Source: an uncultured bacterium (GTDB lineage: Bacteria; Acidobacteriota; Thermoanaerobaculia; Multivoradales; JAHZIX01). From it: DNA of 64,000 nt. The stretch spans positions 524,757-588,756 of the forward strand of contig CBDUPA010000002.1 in NCBI GenBank assembly GCA_965368975.1. The letters run 5' to 3'. Shown here one piece after another: positions 10,212 through 20,313 of this stretch. A model generated the notes under the pieces. It worked only from the letters and a program-made list of their open reading frames with translations. It was not told where the DNA came from and did not search any database. A program made the translations under genes and the position numbers. Each line of letters opens with the position of its first letter. The stretch's first letter is position 1.

Positions 10212-11249
10212 TCAGACCATGTACGCCACCGCGAACCCAACCTGTGCCGCCATCAGCATCAGGTACATGTGGGTCCACGACGGGTGATTCTCGGACTTGG
10301 CCAGGGAATCCGGATCTCGCAACAGCAGGTAGACGGTATAGATGCCCCACAGGGTGAGCAGGACGCTCAGTCCCAGCAGCATGGAGCCATTGCCGGTGAG
10401 AATGGGGTGCGCCGAATTCTGCGGGTCCGGCAGATAGACTCCGAGAGGAATCAGCAGCCAGGGGAAGATGAAGAAGGGGGCGATCATCCAGGCAGCTTTG
10501 CGCACGCCGTAGACGATCGGTAGCGTCTTGCAGCCACCGGCCCGATCGCCCTCGATGTCGGCGAAGTCCTTGGTGCCCGAGGCACCGACGATGAACAAGC
10601 CAAAGATGGTGCCCAGGAACCACGGCTCGACGTACCAGATGTGCGCCACCATCGCCCAGCCGGCCACCTTGAGCAGGCAGCCGCGGGGGATCGCGATGGT
10701 CAAAGCAGCTCCGACGCCGAGCGTCTTGGTGCGGCCCAGAGCCGGCGCCGAGTAGATGAAGGTGAAGAGCATGCCGACCAGGTAGATGAAGAAGGTCTCG
10801 TGCAAGGCCAGCGGGGCACCGATCTTCTGCAGCAGCGTGTTGTAGGGATAGACAACCACAGCCCAGGTGGGAATCAACGCCAGTGCGTAGAGGATCCAGG
10901 TGAACTTCCACGCCTCGGGAACGCTCAAGGCACCGGTGACCAGCGGCCGCTCCGGCTTGTTGAGGCGGTCGATATCCAGGTCGTAGATCTGGTTGATCGC
11001 GTTCGACGCCGCGTTCATGAAGCTGGCGCACAGCGAACCGAGGGTGACCGTGAGCACGACCGACAGCGTCAGGCGGAAGTCGGGGTCCGGGTTGTGCACC
11101 GAGCCGAACGCACAGACGGCACCGGAAATGATGCCGAGCAGCGGCGGCAGCAGGGTGAACGGACGCGCCAGGCGTACATAGTGTCTGAATTTGGAGGGCC
11201 TGGCCTTGGGCTCGACAGGGGACGGGGTAGTACTCACGGTTCGACTCAC
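10212..11249 (-). CDS. UbiA-family membrane prenyltransferase
   Basis: Asp-rich motifs NQIYDLDIDRLNKPERPL and KDFADIEGD, plus multiple TM helices; GTG start at 11249 overlaps the upstream TGA (GTGA). Confidence 0.9.
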   Translation of the reverse strand: MSRTVSTTPSPVEPKARPSKFRHYVRLARPFTLLPPLLGIISGAVCAFGSVHNPDPDFRLTLSVVLTVTLGSLCASFMNAASNAINQIYDLDIDRLNKPERPLVTGALSVPEAWKFTWILYALALIPTWAVVVYPYNTLLQKIGAPLALHETFFIYLVGMLFTFIYSAPALGRTKTLGVGAALTIAIPRGCLLKVAGWAMVAHIWYVEPWFLGTIFGLFIVGASGTKDFADIEGDRAGGCKTLPIVYGVRKAAWMIAPFFIFPWLLIPLGVYLPDPQNSAHPILTGNGSMLLGLSVLLTLWGIYTVYLLLRDPDSLAKSENHPSWTHMYLMLMAAQVGFAVAYMV

Positions 11250-12628
11250 TGCAGCAGGACCCACATCCCGGCAGCGATCAGCGCACCGGTGAGGGTATTG
11301 AGGAAGTTGACGCTCTCGTTGTCCAGCAGGCCGCGTTTCTCCAGCGTCGAGCCGACCAGGCTTTCCAGCACGGTGCCCAGGAAGGCCGCAACGACGACGA
11401 TACCGGCCCCCAGCCAACCGAACAGGCCGACCTGCACACCCAGTGCGGCGAGCAGCGCCGACGCGGCGATTCCCGCCAGCGTTCCTTCCAGCGATACCGC
11501 ACCTTCGGTCCCCCGCGGTACCGGGCGGAAGGTGGTGAGCAGGAAGGTGCGCCGACCGTAGAGCTGGCCGATCTCACTGCCAGCAGTATCCGCGACGGCC
11601 GTGGCGAAAGCACCCGCGAGACCGAGAACGAAGAGTTCGTAGTGGTTCGTGGCAACGGCGAAGACGGCGCACGCGACGGCGACACCGGTGTTGGCCAGAG
11701 CATGCCGGGCACCTCGGCGACCGCCCTGCTCCTGCGCCAGGTTGTCCTTCGCCTTGCGCTGATAGCCGAGCTTGGTGCAGGCGGTTCCCAGCACGAAGAA
11801 GGCCACGAGCATGGAAAAGCCCGCCCAGCCCAACGCTCCGTAGAGCAAGGTGCCGAGCAGAACGCCAGCGATGACACCTGAGATGTCGACCGAGCGAGCG
11901 GCGAAGGCCATGCCGGCGAGCACGAGGTTGACGACCAGGCCGATCAGTAGACGACTCGAGAGGTCCGGATCTGCCAGCACGGCTTGCCAATGCCCCTGGG
12001 TGAGCAGCAGGCAGAACAGAAAGAGGCCGGTGAGGAGAGGCACGCCGAAGTTGTCGTCCAGGCCCTGCGGCAGCGACTCGAGCGCCGCCGACAGCAACGC
12101 CGCGCCAGCGGCGACGACGAGGGCGAAGGCCCAGCTGTACTGGATCGTCTCGGAATCGGCTACCGTCCAGCGCAGCAGAATGGCAGCGGCGGCAGTGCCG
12201 AAGAGCCAGTGTGCCAGGCTACCGGCCCAGCTCTTGTCCGAGTTCCACGGCAACTTGGCGCGACCCAGGGTCATGCCGACCACCGATGCCATGCCGTCAC
12301 CGAAGGCGAGGATGCCCCACACTGCGGCGGCAACTTCCAGCCGCTGGTGGAAGATCAAGATCAGCAGCAGCACAGCCAGCGGATAGAGCACGATGCCCAT
12401 CGACCGACCACGCTCGGCCTCCTCTTGGCGCCACAACGCCTTGCCACCGACGCGCGGCAGGACGAAAGCGTTGAACACAACCGCCGTCAGCGCGCACAGC
12501 GCCGACCACAGTGGCCCAAGGAAACGCAGGCTGAAGGCGATCAGGCCCACCGACATGTGGACCACCTTGCGCGCCAGTTCACCCCTGCTCAGTGGTGCCG
12601 GGGAATCTGAAGTCAACGAGCTTGCCAT
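11246..12628 (-). CDS. Fusion of a phytol/dolichol kinase-like domain (N) and DUF92/TMEM19 (C); putative prenol kinase plus prenyl-phosphate kinase
   Basis: N-half RKVVH, GDGMASVVG...LPWNSDKSWAGS and DDN; C-half GGRRGARHALAN, ADTAGSEIG, GTEGAVSLEGT, ESLVGS and DNESVNFLNT. Confidence 0.85.
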   Translation of the reverse strand: MASSLTSDSPAPLSRGELARKVVHMSVGLIAFSLRFLGPLWSALCALTAVVFNAFVLPRVGGKALWRQEEAERGRSMGIVLYPLAVLLLILIFHQRLEVAAAVWGILAFGDGMASVVGMTLGRAKLPWNSDKSWAGSLAHWLFGTAAAAILLRWTVADSETIQYSWAFALVVAAGAALLSAALESLPQGLDDNFGVPLLTGLFLFCLLLTQGHWQAVLADPDLSSRLLIGLVVNLVLAGMAFAARSVDISGVIAGVLLGTLLYGALGWAGFSMLVAFFVLGTACTKLGYQRKAKDNLAQEQGGRRGARHALANTGVAVACAVFAVATNHYELFVLGLAGAFATAVADTAGSEIGQLYGRRTFLLTTFRPVPRGTEGAVSLEGTLAGIAASALLAALGVQVGLFGWLGAGIVVVAAFLGTVLESLVGSTLEKRGLLDNESVNFLNTLTGALIAAGMWVLLQ

Positions 12629-13536
12629 AGCTCCTCCAGCGCTTGATCGAGGTCTCGCCGCGGCTGCCAGCCGAGCGCACGCAGGCGGCTGGCGTCACCC
12701 TGTAGCAGGGGGATGTCGACCGGCCGCACGCGCTCGGGATCCACCTCGACGCGCACCTGTTGGCCGGAACGGGCGATCAGCCGATGCAGTGCTTCTTCGA
12801 TCGAGACGACCTGGCCACTGGCAAGGTTGTAGACGGTTCCCGCCTCGTCCTTCTCCGGCCCTGCATCTTCGAGAAGAGTCCGGTAGCCGGCGACAGCATC
12901 CCCGACATGCAGGAAGTCCCGGCGCGCTTCCAGGTTACCGACACGCAGCACCGGCTCCTGCTCACCACGTTCGATCGCCGCCAGCTGGCGGGTGAACGCG
13001 GGCAAGGCGAAGTGCGGACTCTGACCGGGCCCAACGGCATTGAAGCTACGCACCACGATCGCTCCCGCGGCCAGCGCCAAGCGCTCGGCTGCGGCTTTGG
13101 TGAGGGCATAGGGACTGGCCGGCGACAGCGTATGCGTCTCGGCAATCGGTTGCTCGTCCTCGGGAACCAGACCATAGACCTCGGCGCTGGAAGCGACGAT
13201 CACCCGCCGCCCGGGAACACCCGCGGCGGCGGCGGCGGCGAGCAGATGCTCGGTGCCGAGCACGTTGGCACTGAAGCACTCGGGCAGGTGGCTCCACGAC
13301 GAACCGACGTGGCTCCAGCCCGCCAGGTGCACCACGGCATCGGGCGCCGCCTCGGTGAGTGCCGCGGTCAGCGAGTCGGCCTCGGTGATGTCCACCCCCC
13401 ACAGCTCGGGAACGTCGTCCACCAAGTGCGGGCCAGTGCCCAGGTAGCTGCCGCACACATCGTGACCGTGCGCGACCAGCTCGCGCGTCAGGTGCCCGCC
13501 AACGAAGCCACCGATGCCGGTGACGAATACCTTCAA
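12613..13536 (-). CDS. NDP-sugar SDR, GDP-4-keto-6-deoxy-D-mannose reductase (Rmd)-like
   Basis: TGIGGFVG, HLAGWSHVGSSW, SSAEVYG, SPYALTK and GNLEARRDF. Confidence 0.8.
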   Translation of the reverse strand: MKVFVTGIGGFVGGHLTRELVAHGHDVCGSYLGTGPHLVDDVPELWGVDITEADSLTAALTEAAPDAVVHLAGWSHVGSSWSHLPECFSANVLGTEHLLAAAAAAGVPGRRVIVASSAEVYGLVPEDEQPIAETHTLSPASPYALTKAAAERLALAAGAIVVRSFNAVGPGQSPHFALPAFTRQLAAIERGEQEPVLRVGNLEARRDFLHVGDAVAGYRTLLEDAGPEKDEAGTVYNLASGQVVSIEEALHRLIARSGQQVRVEVDPERVRPVDIPLLQGDASRLRALGWQPRRDLDQALEELWQAR

Positions 13537-14498
13537 CTCACCCCCAGTTGCTGGCGCCAGTAGTCGAGGGTGTCGCGCAGCGTCTGGTCGAAAGGCACCT
13601 GCGGTTCCCAGCCGGTGTCGGCGCGGAACTTGGAGCTATCACCGATCAGGATCTCGACATCGGACGGCCGCATGCGCTCTGGATCCGGCTCGACCTTGAC
13701 GTCGACCTGGCTCATGGCCAGCAGGCGATCGAGCAGCTCGCGGATAGTGATGCCGTTGCCGGTGGCGATGTTGTACACCTCACCTGGCTTGGCCTTGGTC
13801 ACCGCCAGCCAGTACGCGCGCACCATGTCACGCACGTCGGTGAAGTCGCGCACAGCGTCCAGATTGCCGACGCGGATCACCGGCTCCTGGCGGCCTGCCT
13901 CGATACTGGCGATCTGCTTGGCGAAGTTGGATGTCACGAAGACATCGCCGCGTCGCGGTCCAGTGTGGTTGAAACCGCGCGTACGGATCGCCTTGATGCC
14001 ATAGCTCATGAAGTACTGGTAGCCCAGCATGTCCTGGCCCACCTTGGAGACGGCGTAGGGCGACAGCGGGCGCAACGGGTTGGTCTCCTTGATCGGCACC
14101 TCGTCCGGCAGTACCAGGCCGTACTCCTCGGAGGAACACGCGAGCTGGATCACCGGATCGATGCCGAGCGCGCGCACTGCCTCGAAGATGTTGGTCTGGC
14201 CGGTGATGTTGGTGCTCAGCGTCTCGGACGGCGCATTCCAGCTGGTAGGCACGAAACTCTGGGCCGCCAGATGGAAGATGGCTTCTGGACGGATCTCGTC
14301 GAGGAGCTTGTGCACCGAGGTGGCGTCGCGCAGGTCGCCTTCGCGCAGCTGCAGCTTGCCGTCCAGGTGCGCAATATTGTCCATGCGACTGCGCCAGCGG
14401 TAGGTGCCGAAGATTTCCACCTGCGGCTGCTCGGCGAGCAGGTAGTCGGCGAGGTGGGACCCGGCAAAGCCGGTGATACCGGTAATCAAGACTCTCAT
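13533..14498 (-). CDS. GDP-mannose 4,6-dehydratase/Rmd-family SDR
   Basis: TGITGFAGSHL, HLAAQSFV, SSEEYG, SPYAVSK, FNHTGPRRG and GNLDAVRDF; ATG at 14498 overlaps the rmlD stop (TGATG). Confidence 0.85.
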   Translation of the reverse strand: MRVLITGITGFAGSHLADYLLAEQPQVEIFGTYRWRSRMDNIAHLDGKLQLREGDLRDATSVHKLLDEIRPEAIFHLAAQSFVPTSWNAPSETLSTNITGQTNIFEAVRALGIDPVIQLACSSEEYGLVLPDEVPIKETNPLRPLSPYAVSKVGQDMLGYQYFMSYGIKAIRTRGFNHTGPRRGDVFVTSNFAKQIASIEAGRQEPVIRVGNLDAVRDFTDVRDMVRAYWLAVTKAKPGEVYNIATGNGITIRELLDRLLAMSQVDVKVEPDPERMRPSDVEILIGDSSKFRADTGWEPQVPFDQTLRDTLDYWRQQLGVS

Positions 14499-15394
14499 CA
14501 AAGGTTCCTCAAGTCGTTCAAGTACGCGGCCAAGTAAGCAGCCAGCCCCGCGCTCCACGGCTCGACACGGCGGCCGAGGAGTTCCTCGCAGCGCCGCACG
14601 TCGAGTACCGAGTAGGCGGGGCGGCGGGCGGGCCGCGGGAATTCGTCGCTGGTCACCGGTTCGACGTGCACGTCCGGCTTCCAGTATTCCACGATGGCAC
14701 GGGCGAAGTCGCACCAGGAAACCGCGGGGCGGTTCTGGTAGTGCAGGATACCGGTGGCGTCGGTCGTGCCCAGATCGAGCAGGGCACGGGCCAGAAACTC
14801 TGTGTACGTCGGACCCCCGACCTGGTCGTCGACGATGCGTAGGTTCTCGTGTCCTTGATCCATCAGCCGGATCATCGTGGTCACGAAGTTGGGACCGCCG
14901 GGTCCGAACAGCCAGCTGACACGCACTACCAGTGCATTGTCGTAGGCCAGGGCCAGTTCCTCGCCACGCAGCTTGCTGGCACCGTAGACGGAAACCGGGC
15001 CGGTAGGGTCGTCTTCACTGTAAGGGCGAAGCTCGTCACCGTCACGGATTCCCTCGCCGCTGAAGACCCCATCTCCAGCAAACACATAGTCTGTCGACGG
15101 CTGCACCAGCCGTGCACCAGCCGCCCTCGCGGCCTCGACCACGTTGCCGATGGCGTCCCCGTTGATGCGCATCGCCGTGTCCTGCTCGCTCTCGCAAGCA
15201 TCGACCTTGGTGAAGGCGGCGCAGTTCACGATCAGTGACGGTCGAAAGGTCTCGGCCCAGTAGCGTAGGCGCTCGGCGTCGGTAATGTCCGCCTGCTGTC
15301 GCGACAGGCCCAGCGCGGCCCAACCACGGGAACGGGCTTGCCGCACCACGGCACCGCCGAGCATGCCCGTACCGCCGAACACCAAGACACGCAT
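14498..15394 (-). CDS. rfbD: dTDP-4-dehydrorhamnose reductase
   Basis: GGTGMLG, NCAAFTKVDACE, STDYVF, YGASKLRGE, DDQVGGPT and RPARRPAYS. Confidence 0.92.
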   Translation of the reverse strand: MRVLVFGGTGMLGGAVVRQARSRGWAALGLSRQQADITDAERLRYWAETFRPSLIVNCAAFTKVDACESEQDTAMRINGDAIGNVVEAARAAGARLVQPSTDYVFAGDGVFSGEGIRDGDELRPYSEDDPTGPVSVYGASKLRGEELALAYDNALVVRVSWLFGPGGPNFVTTMIRLMDQGHENLRIVDDQVGGPTYTEFLARALLDLGTTDATGILHYQNRPAVSWCDFARAIVEYWKPDVHVEPVTSDEFPRPARRPAYSVLDVRRCEELLGRRVEPWSAGLAAYLAAYLNDLRNL

Positions 15395-16479
15395 CAGGGA
15401 ATCCCCACCTCGGAACTGTCGCCGAGCACGAAGCGGTAGGCCTTGGGCTTGGCACCCGTGCGTGCCAGGATCGAGTTGCGCCCCACCAGCGAGCCGTCAA
15501 TGCGCAGGGGAATGTCCTCAATGCGGCACTCGGCCAGGATGATCGAGTTCTCGACCTCACAGCCACGCAGAATACAGCCCTCACCGATCGACGTGTAGGG
15601 ACCGACGAACGCATTCTCCAGCCGACTGCCGGCACCGATCACCACCGGGCCTCGCACCAGCGAGTTGACCAGCTCGACCCCCTCACCCAACTGCACGCGC
15701 CCTTCGACACGGCTCTCCTCGACACGACCGCCTTCAGGCATTGTTGTGCGGCGGTCGCCGTCCAGCGCGTCGAGCACGATGCGGTTGGCTTCCAGCATGT
15801 CCTCGGGCTTGCCGGTGTCCTTCCACCAGCCGCGCACGGTGTGCGGCTGCACGTCGAGGCCACGTTCGACCAGATCCTGGATGGCGTCGGTGATCTCCAG
15901 CTCGCCGCGTGGCGAGGGCTTGATCCGCTTGACCGACTCGAAGATCGTGGCGTCGAACATGTAGACACCGACCAGTGCCAGATCGCTCTTCGGCTCCGCA
16001 GGCTTCTCGACCAGGCGCTGGATGCGGCCGTCCTCGGTCAGTTCAGCAACTCCGAACTGCCGCGGATCCGGTACGCGGGCCAGCAGGATCTCCGCATTGC
16101 AACCCAGCTCGCGAAACTCTTCGACCAGTGTGGTGATGCCGCCAGCGATCATGTTGTCGCCCAGGTACATGACAAAGGGCTCGCCAGCGATGAACTCCTC
16201 GGCGATCATCACCGCATGCGCCAGGCCGCGCGGGGCATCCTGGGGCAAGTAGGTCACCTGGGCGCCGAAGCGCGAGCCGTCACCGACCGCTTCGCGAATC
16301 TCGGGACCGGTTTCGCCAATGACAATACCGATGTCCGTGATGCCGGCCGCCACCACCGCCTCAATGGCGTAGAACAGCACCGGCTTGTTGGCCACCGGCA
16401 CCAGCTGCTTGGCGGAAGTGTGGGTCAGCGGGCGCAGGCGGGTGCCCTTGCCTCCAGAGAGAATCAGTCCCTTCATCAT
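15394..16479 (-). CDS. rfbA: Glucose-1-phosphate thymidylyltransferase (long form)
   Basis: LSGGKGTRLRPLT, KQLVPVANKP, YLGDN, VEKP, RGELEITDA, WWKDTG and a hexapeptide-repeat C-terminus. Confidence 0.9.
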   Translation of the reverse strand: MMKGLILSGGKGTRLRPLTHTSAKQLVPVANKPVLFYAIEAVVAAGITDIGIVIGETGPEIREAVGDGSRFGAQVTYLPQDAPRGLAHAVMIAEEFIAGEPFVMYLGDNMIAGGITTLVEEFRELGCNAEILLARVPDPRQFGVAELTEDGRIQRLVEKPAEPKSDLALVGVYMFDATIFESVKRIKPSPRGELEITDAIQDLVERGLDVQPHTVRGWWKDTGKPEDMLEANRIVLDALDGDRRTTMPEGGRVEESRVEGRVQLGEGVELVNSLVRGPVVIGAGSRLENAFVGPYTSIGEGCILRGCEVENSIILAECRIEDIPLRIDGSLVGRNSILARTGAKPKAYRFVLGDSSEVGIP

Positions 16480-16612
16480 TCAGCTCACTTTGGGTCGGAC
16501 ACCAAGCGACAAGCAACGCCCCTGCACGCGAGGGGGTGCGCCGCCAGATGGGCTGCGCCTCCAGATGGGGTGCGCCAAGGAGGCGGTGCGGTTGGCGAAG
16601 TCCGTGGTCAGA

Positions 16613-18967
16613 TCAGTTGGTCAGTTCCAGGAAGGTGCCGACGTTCTTCAGCGTCAGCGAAAAGCGGAACTCGTCTTCCAGTTCGTTGCGGTCCAGCAGC
16701 TCACGATATTCGAGCATGAAACCGTAGCACTCGCCGGTGTAGTTCAGAATGTAGCGCTGCTGCTGACGCTCGCTCTTCTCGAGATCGTAGACCAAGTCGG
16801 TCTGCAGCTTCAGGCGGCGCGGCAGCAGGTTCAGCGAGGTACCGAAGCGCAGCTGGTCAGAGTTACGCTCGCCGGTCTCGGCATTCCAGCGCGTGCGCCA
16901 GGACAGCGACACCAGGTTGTTGCCCGGCAGCCCAACGGTACCGGACAGCGAGGTCGAGGTGATCTGGCTGAACAGCAGGCTGTAGTCGACGTCGGCGGTC
17001 AGGCTGGTGGCGTCGCTGGGGTTGAAGCGCAGGCGCGTGCGCAACGGTCCAGCCTGGTCTTCCAACAAGCCATCGGCGCTGCGTTCGAGGGGCCGCAGAT
17101 CGTCGAAGCTGTAAGCACGTGAGAGTTCCAAGGAGAGAATCTCGCGGGCGCTCGGCTCGATCACCGGCACCGGCTCGGCACCTTCTTCCGCCTCTTCCGC
17201 CCCCTCCTCCGGCATCGCTGCCGGCTTGGGTCGAGGCTTGGCAAGCAGCCGGTTGACCAGGGCGACACGGCCGATGTTGGCCTGACCGACGTTGTCGACC
17301 TCGTCGAACAGCGGCACCAGCGCGCGGTCGTCGTACTCTTCTTGGTAGGTGTAGGTGAAGCGTGGCTCGACGACATGCTTGAACTTGCTGAAGCGACCGT
17401 CCTCGGACTCGAAGATGCGCGAGAACGACGGCCCCACCAGCTCGGCCTCACCGAAGGCATAGGAGCGCGACAGAGTGTCGCCGGAGAAGCTGGCGCCGCC
17501 CGGCTCGAGGCTGTCGCCCCACCAGGTGTAGCGGCTGCCGGCGGTCATCGACAGCGACAACCACGGTGCGAGGCGTACCGGCAGCTGCAGCTGCGGGAAG
17601 AGATCGAAGCGGCCGTACTGGGCATCCAGGTTGGCGTTGCGGTCGACATCGAGCAGGGAGAGTGAACTCTCCATCTTGACGAACAGCGGCACCTTGTCGA
17701 ACAGCTGGAAGGCGCGCAGCCGATACTCCAGCTCCGGTAGGCGCTGCATCACGACGTCCTGGGCGCCGGTGATGAAGGTCTTGCGACGATCGACCAGCAT
17801 GTTGAACGAGTGTGGCCCCCAGTTGCCGCTCAGGTAGCCGCGCGACTCGGTGGAACGCGTCGTACTGTTGCCGACACCGCGTTCGAACTCGCGGAACCAC
17901 TCGAAGTCCGAATACTCGCGCACCGTGACGACACCGCGCAGCCCCCAGGGCAGATCGGTGGTGGAGTGGTCGAGATTGGCCTTCCAGCGCCAGTCGTCGG
18001 ACTCGGGGTCGCGGATGGTGTACGCCCGCATCTCGCCCTGCGTGCCCTCGCTCGGATTCCAGCGCAGCTCGTTGCCAAGACCGTAGTAGTTCTCGCTGTA
18101 GTAGTCGGCGTGGAAGGTGGTGTCCCAGCTGCGGCCCATGGGCAGGAAATACGCTAGCCCCAGGTAGCCACCGCGACGACTCGAGTAGCCGATGTTGGGC
18201 ACCAGCAGGCCACGCGAGCGTTCCGGTTTGACCGGCCACACCATGTAGGGCAGGTAGAACACCGGCAACTTCTTGGCCCGCATGCTGGCGCCGCGGATAC
18301 GCGCGTAGCCGTCGACCTCGATGTCCGCTTCCTTGACGTGGAAGCTCCAGGCCGGCGCTTCGCCTTCGCAGGAGGTGAACATACCGTTGAGTACCCGGTA
18401 GGTGTCGTCCCCGGTCTTGGTCACCTCTTCACCCTTGAAGTAGAAGTCCGGGTCGACGTAAGCGCTGGCGCTCTGCACGGTACCGGTCTTGGTCTCCAGG
18501 TCGAAGGTCAGCGAGGTACCGGACAGGCGGCGCGGTCCCTGGTCCAGGATCACGTTGCCCACCGCCGTCACTTCCTTGGTCGCCAGGTTGACGTCCACCT
18601 GATCGGCCTGCAGCTTCAAGTCCTGGTAGCGCACCTCGACGCCGCCGCGCAACACGGCGAAGTCGGCCCCCCGATAGGAAATGCTGCCGGCGGAACCAGC
18701 CGCGGAACCGCCGCCCTGCTCGGGCGGAAAGGAGAGGTCGAAGCTGACGCGGTCGCGGTCGGGGATCTCGGTTGGCGCTTCCTCTGAGGCTTCAGACACG
18801 TCTGCGGCCGGTGCTTGCTCGGGCGGTGCCGGCTCGGGCGGTGCCGCCTCGGGAGCGGGCTCTTGGCCGAGCACGGCCGGGGCGTCGAGAAACAGGCCCA
18901 GGCAGACGCCCAAGGCGAGCAGGGACCGGGTGATCTGGAATGTCGTGCAGCGCATGCCGCTCCTCAC
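16613..18967 (-). CDS. lptD: LPS-assembly outer membrane protein LptD
   Basis: Signal peptide, OstA-like N-domain (LQADQV...GNVILDQG), FTSCE...W, LPVFYLPY, KHVVEP and a C-terminal Y..ECY barrel end. Confidence 0.85.
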   Translation of the reverse strand: MRSGMRCTTFQITRSLLALGVCLGLFLDAPAVLGQEPAPEAAPPEPAPPEQAPAADVSEASEEAPTEIPDRDRVSFDLSFPPEQGGGSAAGSAGSISYRGADFAVLRGGVEVRYQDLKLQADQVDVNLATKEVTAVGNVILDQGPRRLSGTSLTFDLETKTGTVQSASAYVDPDFYFKGEEVTKTGDDTYRVLNGMFTSCEGEAPAWSFHVKEADIEVDGYARIRGASMRAKKLPVFYLPYMVWPVKPERSRGLLVPNIGYSSRRGGYLGLAYFLPMGRSWDTTFHADYYSENYYGLGNELRWNPSEGTQGEMRAYTIRDPESDDWRWKANLDHSTTDLPWGLRGVVTVREYSDFEWFREFERGVGNSTTRSTESRGYLSGNWGPHSFNMLVDRRKTFITGAQDVVMQRLPELEYRLRAFQLFDKVPLFVKMESSLSLLDVDRNANLDAQYGRFDLFPQLQLPVRLAPWLSLSMTAGSRYTWWGDSLEPGGASFSGDTLSRSYAFGEAELVGPSFSRIFESEDGRFSKFKHVVEPRFTYTYQEEYDDRALVPLFDEVDNVGQANIGRVALVNRLLAKPRPKPAAMPEEGAEEAEEGAEPVPVIEPSAREILSLELSRAYSFDDLRPLERSADGLLEDQAGPLRTRLRFNPSDATSLTADVDYSLLFSQITSTSLSGTVGLPGNNLVSLSWRTRWNAETGERNSDQLRFGTSLNLLPRRLKLQTDLVYDLEKSERQQQRYILNYTGECYGFMLEYRELLDRNELEDEFRFSLTLKNVGTFLELTN

Positions 18968-19032
18968 GGTTCGCTCCCCGGCGGGGAGATCAGGGTTTTG
19001 AACTGCCGTGATGCTACCACCGGGGCGGGTGC

Positions 19033-20211
19033 TCAGGACATGCGTTCGACGATGATCGAGGTCGCTTCACCACCACCGAGGCAGATCGCGGCGAGACCGC
19101 GCTGGGCGTCGCGCTGCTGCAGCGCGTGCAACAGGGTCACCACGATGCGCGCACCGGAAGCACCGATCGGATGCCCGAGAGCTACGGCACCGCCATTGAC
19201 GTTGACGCGCTCGGCGTCCAGACCCAGTTCGCGAATGAACACCATCGACACCGCCGCGAAGGCCTCATTGACCTCCCACAGATCGATGTCGCCGACGCTC
19301 AGGCCGGCACGGTCCAGCACGCGGCGGGCGGCGCCGATCGGTGCGGTGGTGAACCACTCAGGCTCGTGCGCGTTGGCCGAATGCGCGACGATGCGCGCCA
19401 GCGGTTTGCGGCCTAACTTCTCGGCGTGCGACGCGGTGGTCAGCACCAGCGCGGCGGCACCATCGTTGATCGTGCTGGCGTTGGCGGCGGTTACGGTGCC
19501 GTCCTTCTGAAACGCCGGGCGCAGCGACGGCATCTTCTCGAGATCGGCGCGGAACGGCTCTTCGTCCTGGTCGACGGTCACCGTCTTCTTGCGCTGCGGC
19601 ACGTCGACCGGCGTGATCTCGGCAGCGAAGCGGCCGGCCTCGACCGACTCGCGACTGCGGCGGTAACTCTCGCGCGCGAAGGCGTCTTGCTCCTCGCGGC
19701 TCAGCTCGTACTTGCCCGCGCACAGCTCGGCGCAGTTGCCCATGTGCTGGTCGCCGTAGGGATCCCACAGGCCATCGTGAATCATCGAATCGATCAGCTT
19801 GCCATGCCCCAGGCGCAGACCGTCGCGCACACCCGCGGCCAGGTACGGTGCCTGGCTCATGCTCTCCATGCCGCCGGCGGCCACCAGTTGAAAATCGTCG
19901 CAGCGAAGATCGTTGGCGGCCATCATGAGAGTGCGCATGCCGGAACCGCACACCTTGTTGAGGGTCACGGCACCCGTGCTCACCGGACAGCCGGCAGCGA
20001 GCGCGGCTTGCCGCGCGGGTGCCTGGCCCTGGCCAGCGGGCAGGACGCAACCCATGTAGACCTGCTCCAGGTCGGCTGGCTGCACACCGGCGCGCTCGAT
20101 GGCGGCGCTCAAGGCGGCGGCGCCGAGCTTCGGCGCGGGTAGGGACGAGAGCGCGCCCTGAAAGGAACCGATCGGGGTGCGCGCGGCGCTCAGAATGACG
20201 ATGTCTTCCAT
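19033..20211 (-). CDS. atoB: Acetyl-CoA C-acetyltransferase (thiolase)
   Basis: ARTPIGSFQG, NKVCGSG, NEAFA, GHPIGASG and CLGGGE; GGAG RBS before the ATG at 20211. Confidence 0.93.
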   Translation of the reverse strand: MEDIVILSAARTPIGSFQGALSSLPAPKLGAAALSAAIERAGVQPADLEQVYMGCVLPAGQGQAPARQAALAAGCPVSTGAVTLNKVCGSGMRTLMMAANDLRCDDFQLVAAGGMESMSQAPYLAAGVRDGLRLGHGKLIDSMIHDGLWDPYGDQHMGNCAELCAGKYELSREEQDAFARESYRRSRESVEAGRFAAEITPVDVPQRKKTVTVDQDEEPFRADLEKMPSLRPAFQKDGTVTAANASTINDGAAALVLTTASHAEKLGRKPLARIVAHSANAHEPEWFTTAPIGAARRVLDRAGLSVGDIDLWEVNEAFAAVSMVFIRELGLDAERVNVNGGAVALGHPIGASGARIVVTLLHALQQRDAQRGLAAICLGGGEATSIIVERMS

Positions 20212-20313
20212 CGCGGATCTCCGTTGCGTAGTAGTATGCCGGTCCGCGCTGGCGGCGCGTCGCGGTGGTTCATGTCGAGAATGTGAGCCGGGGCCGCAGG
20301 CAACTGCGAGGCG

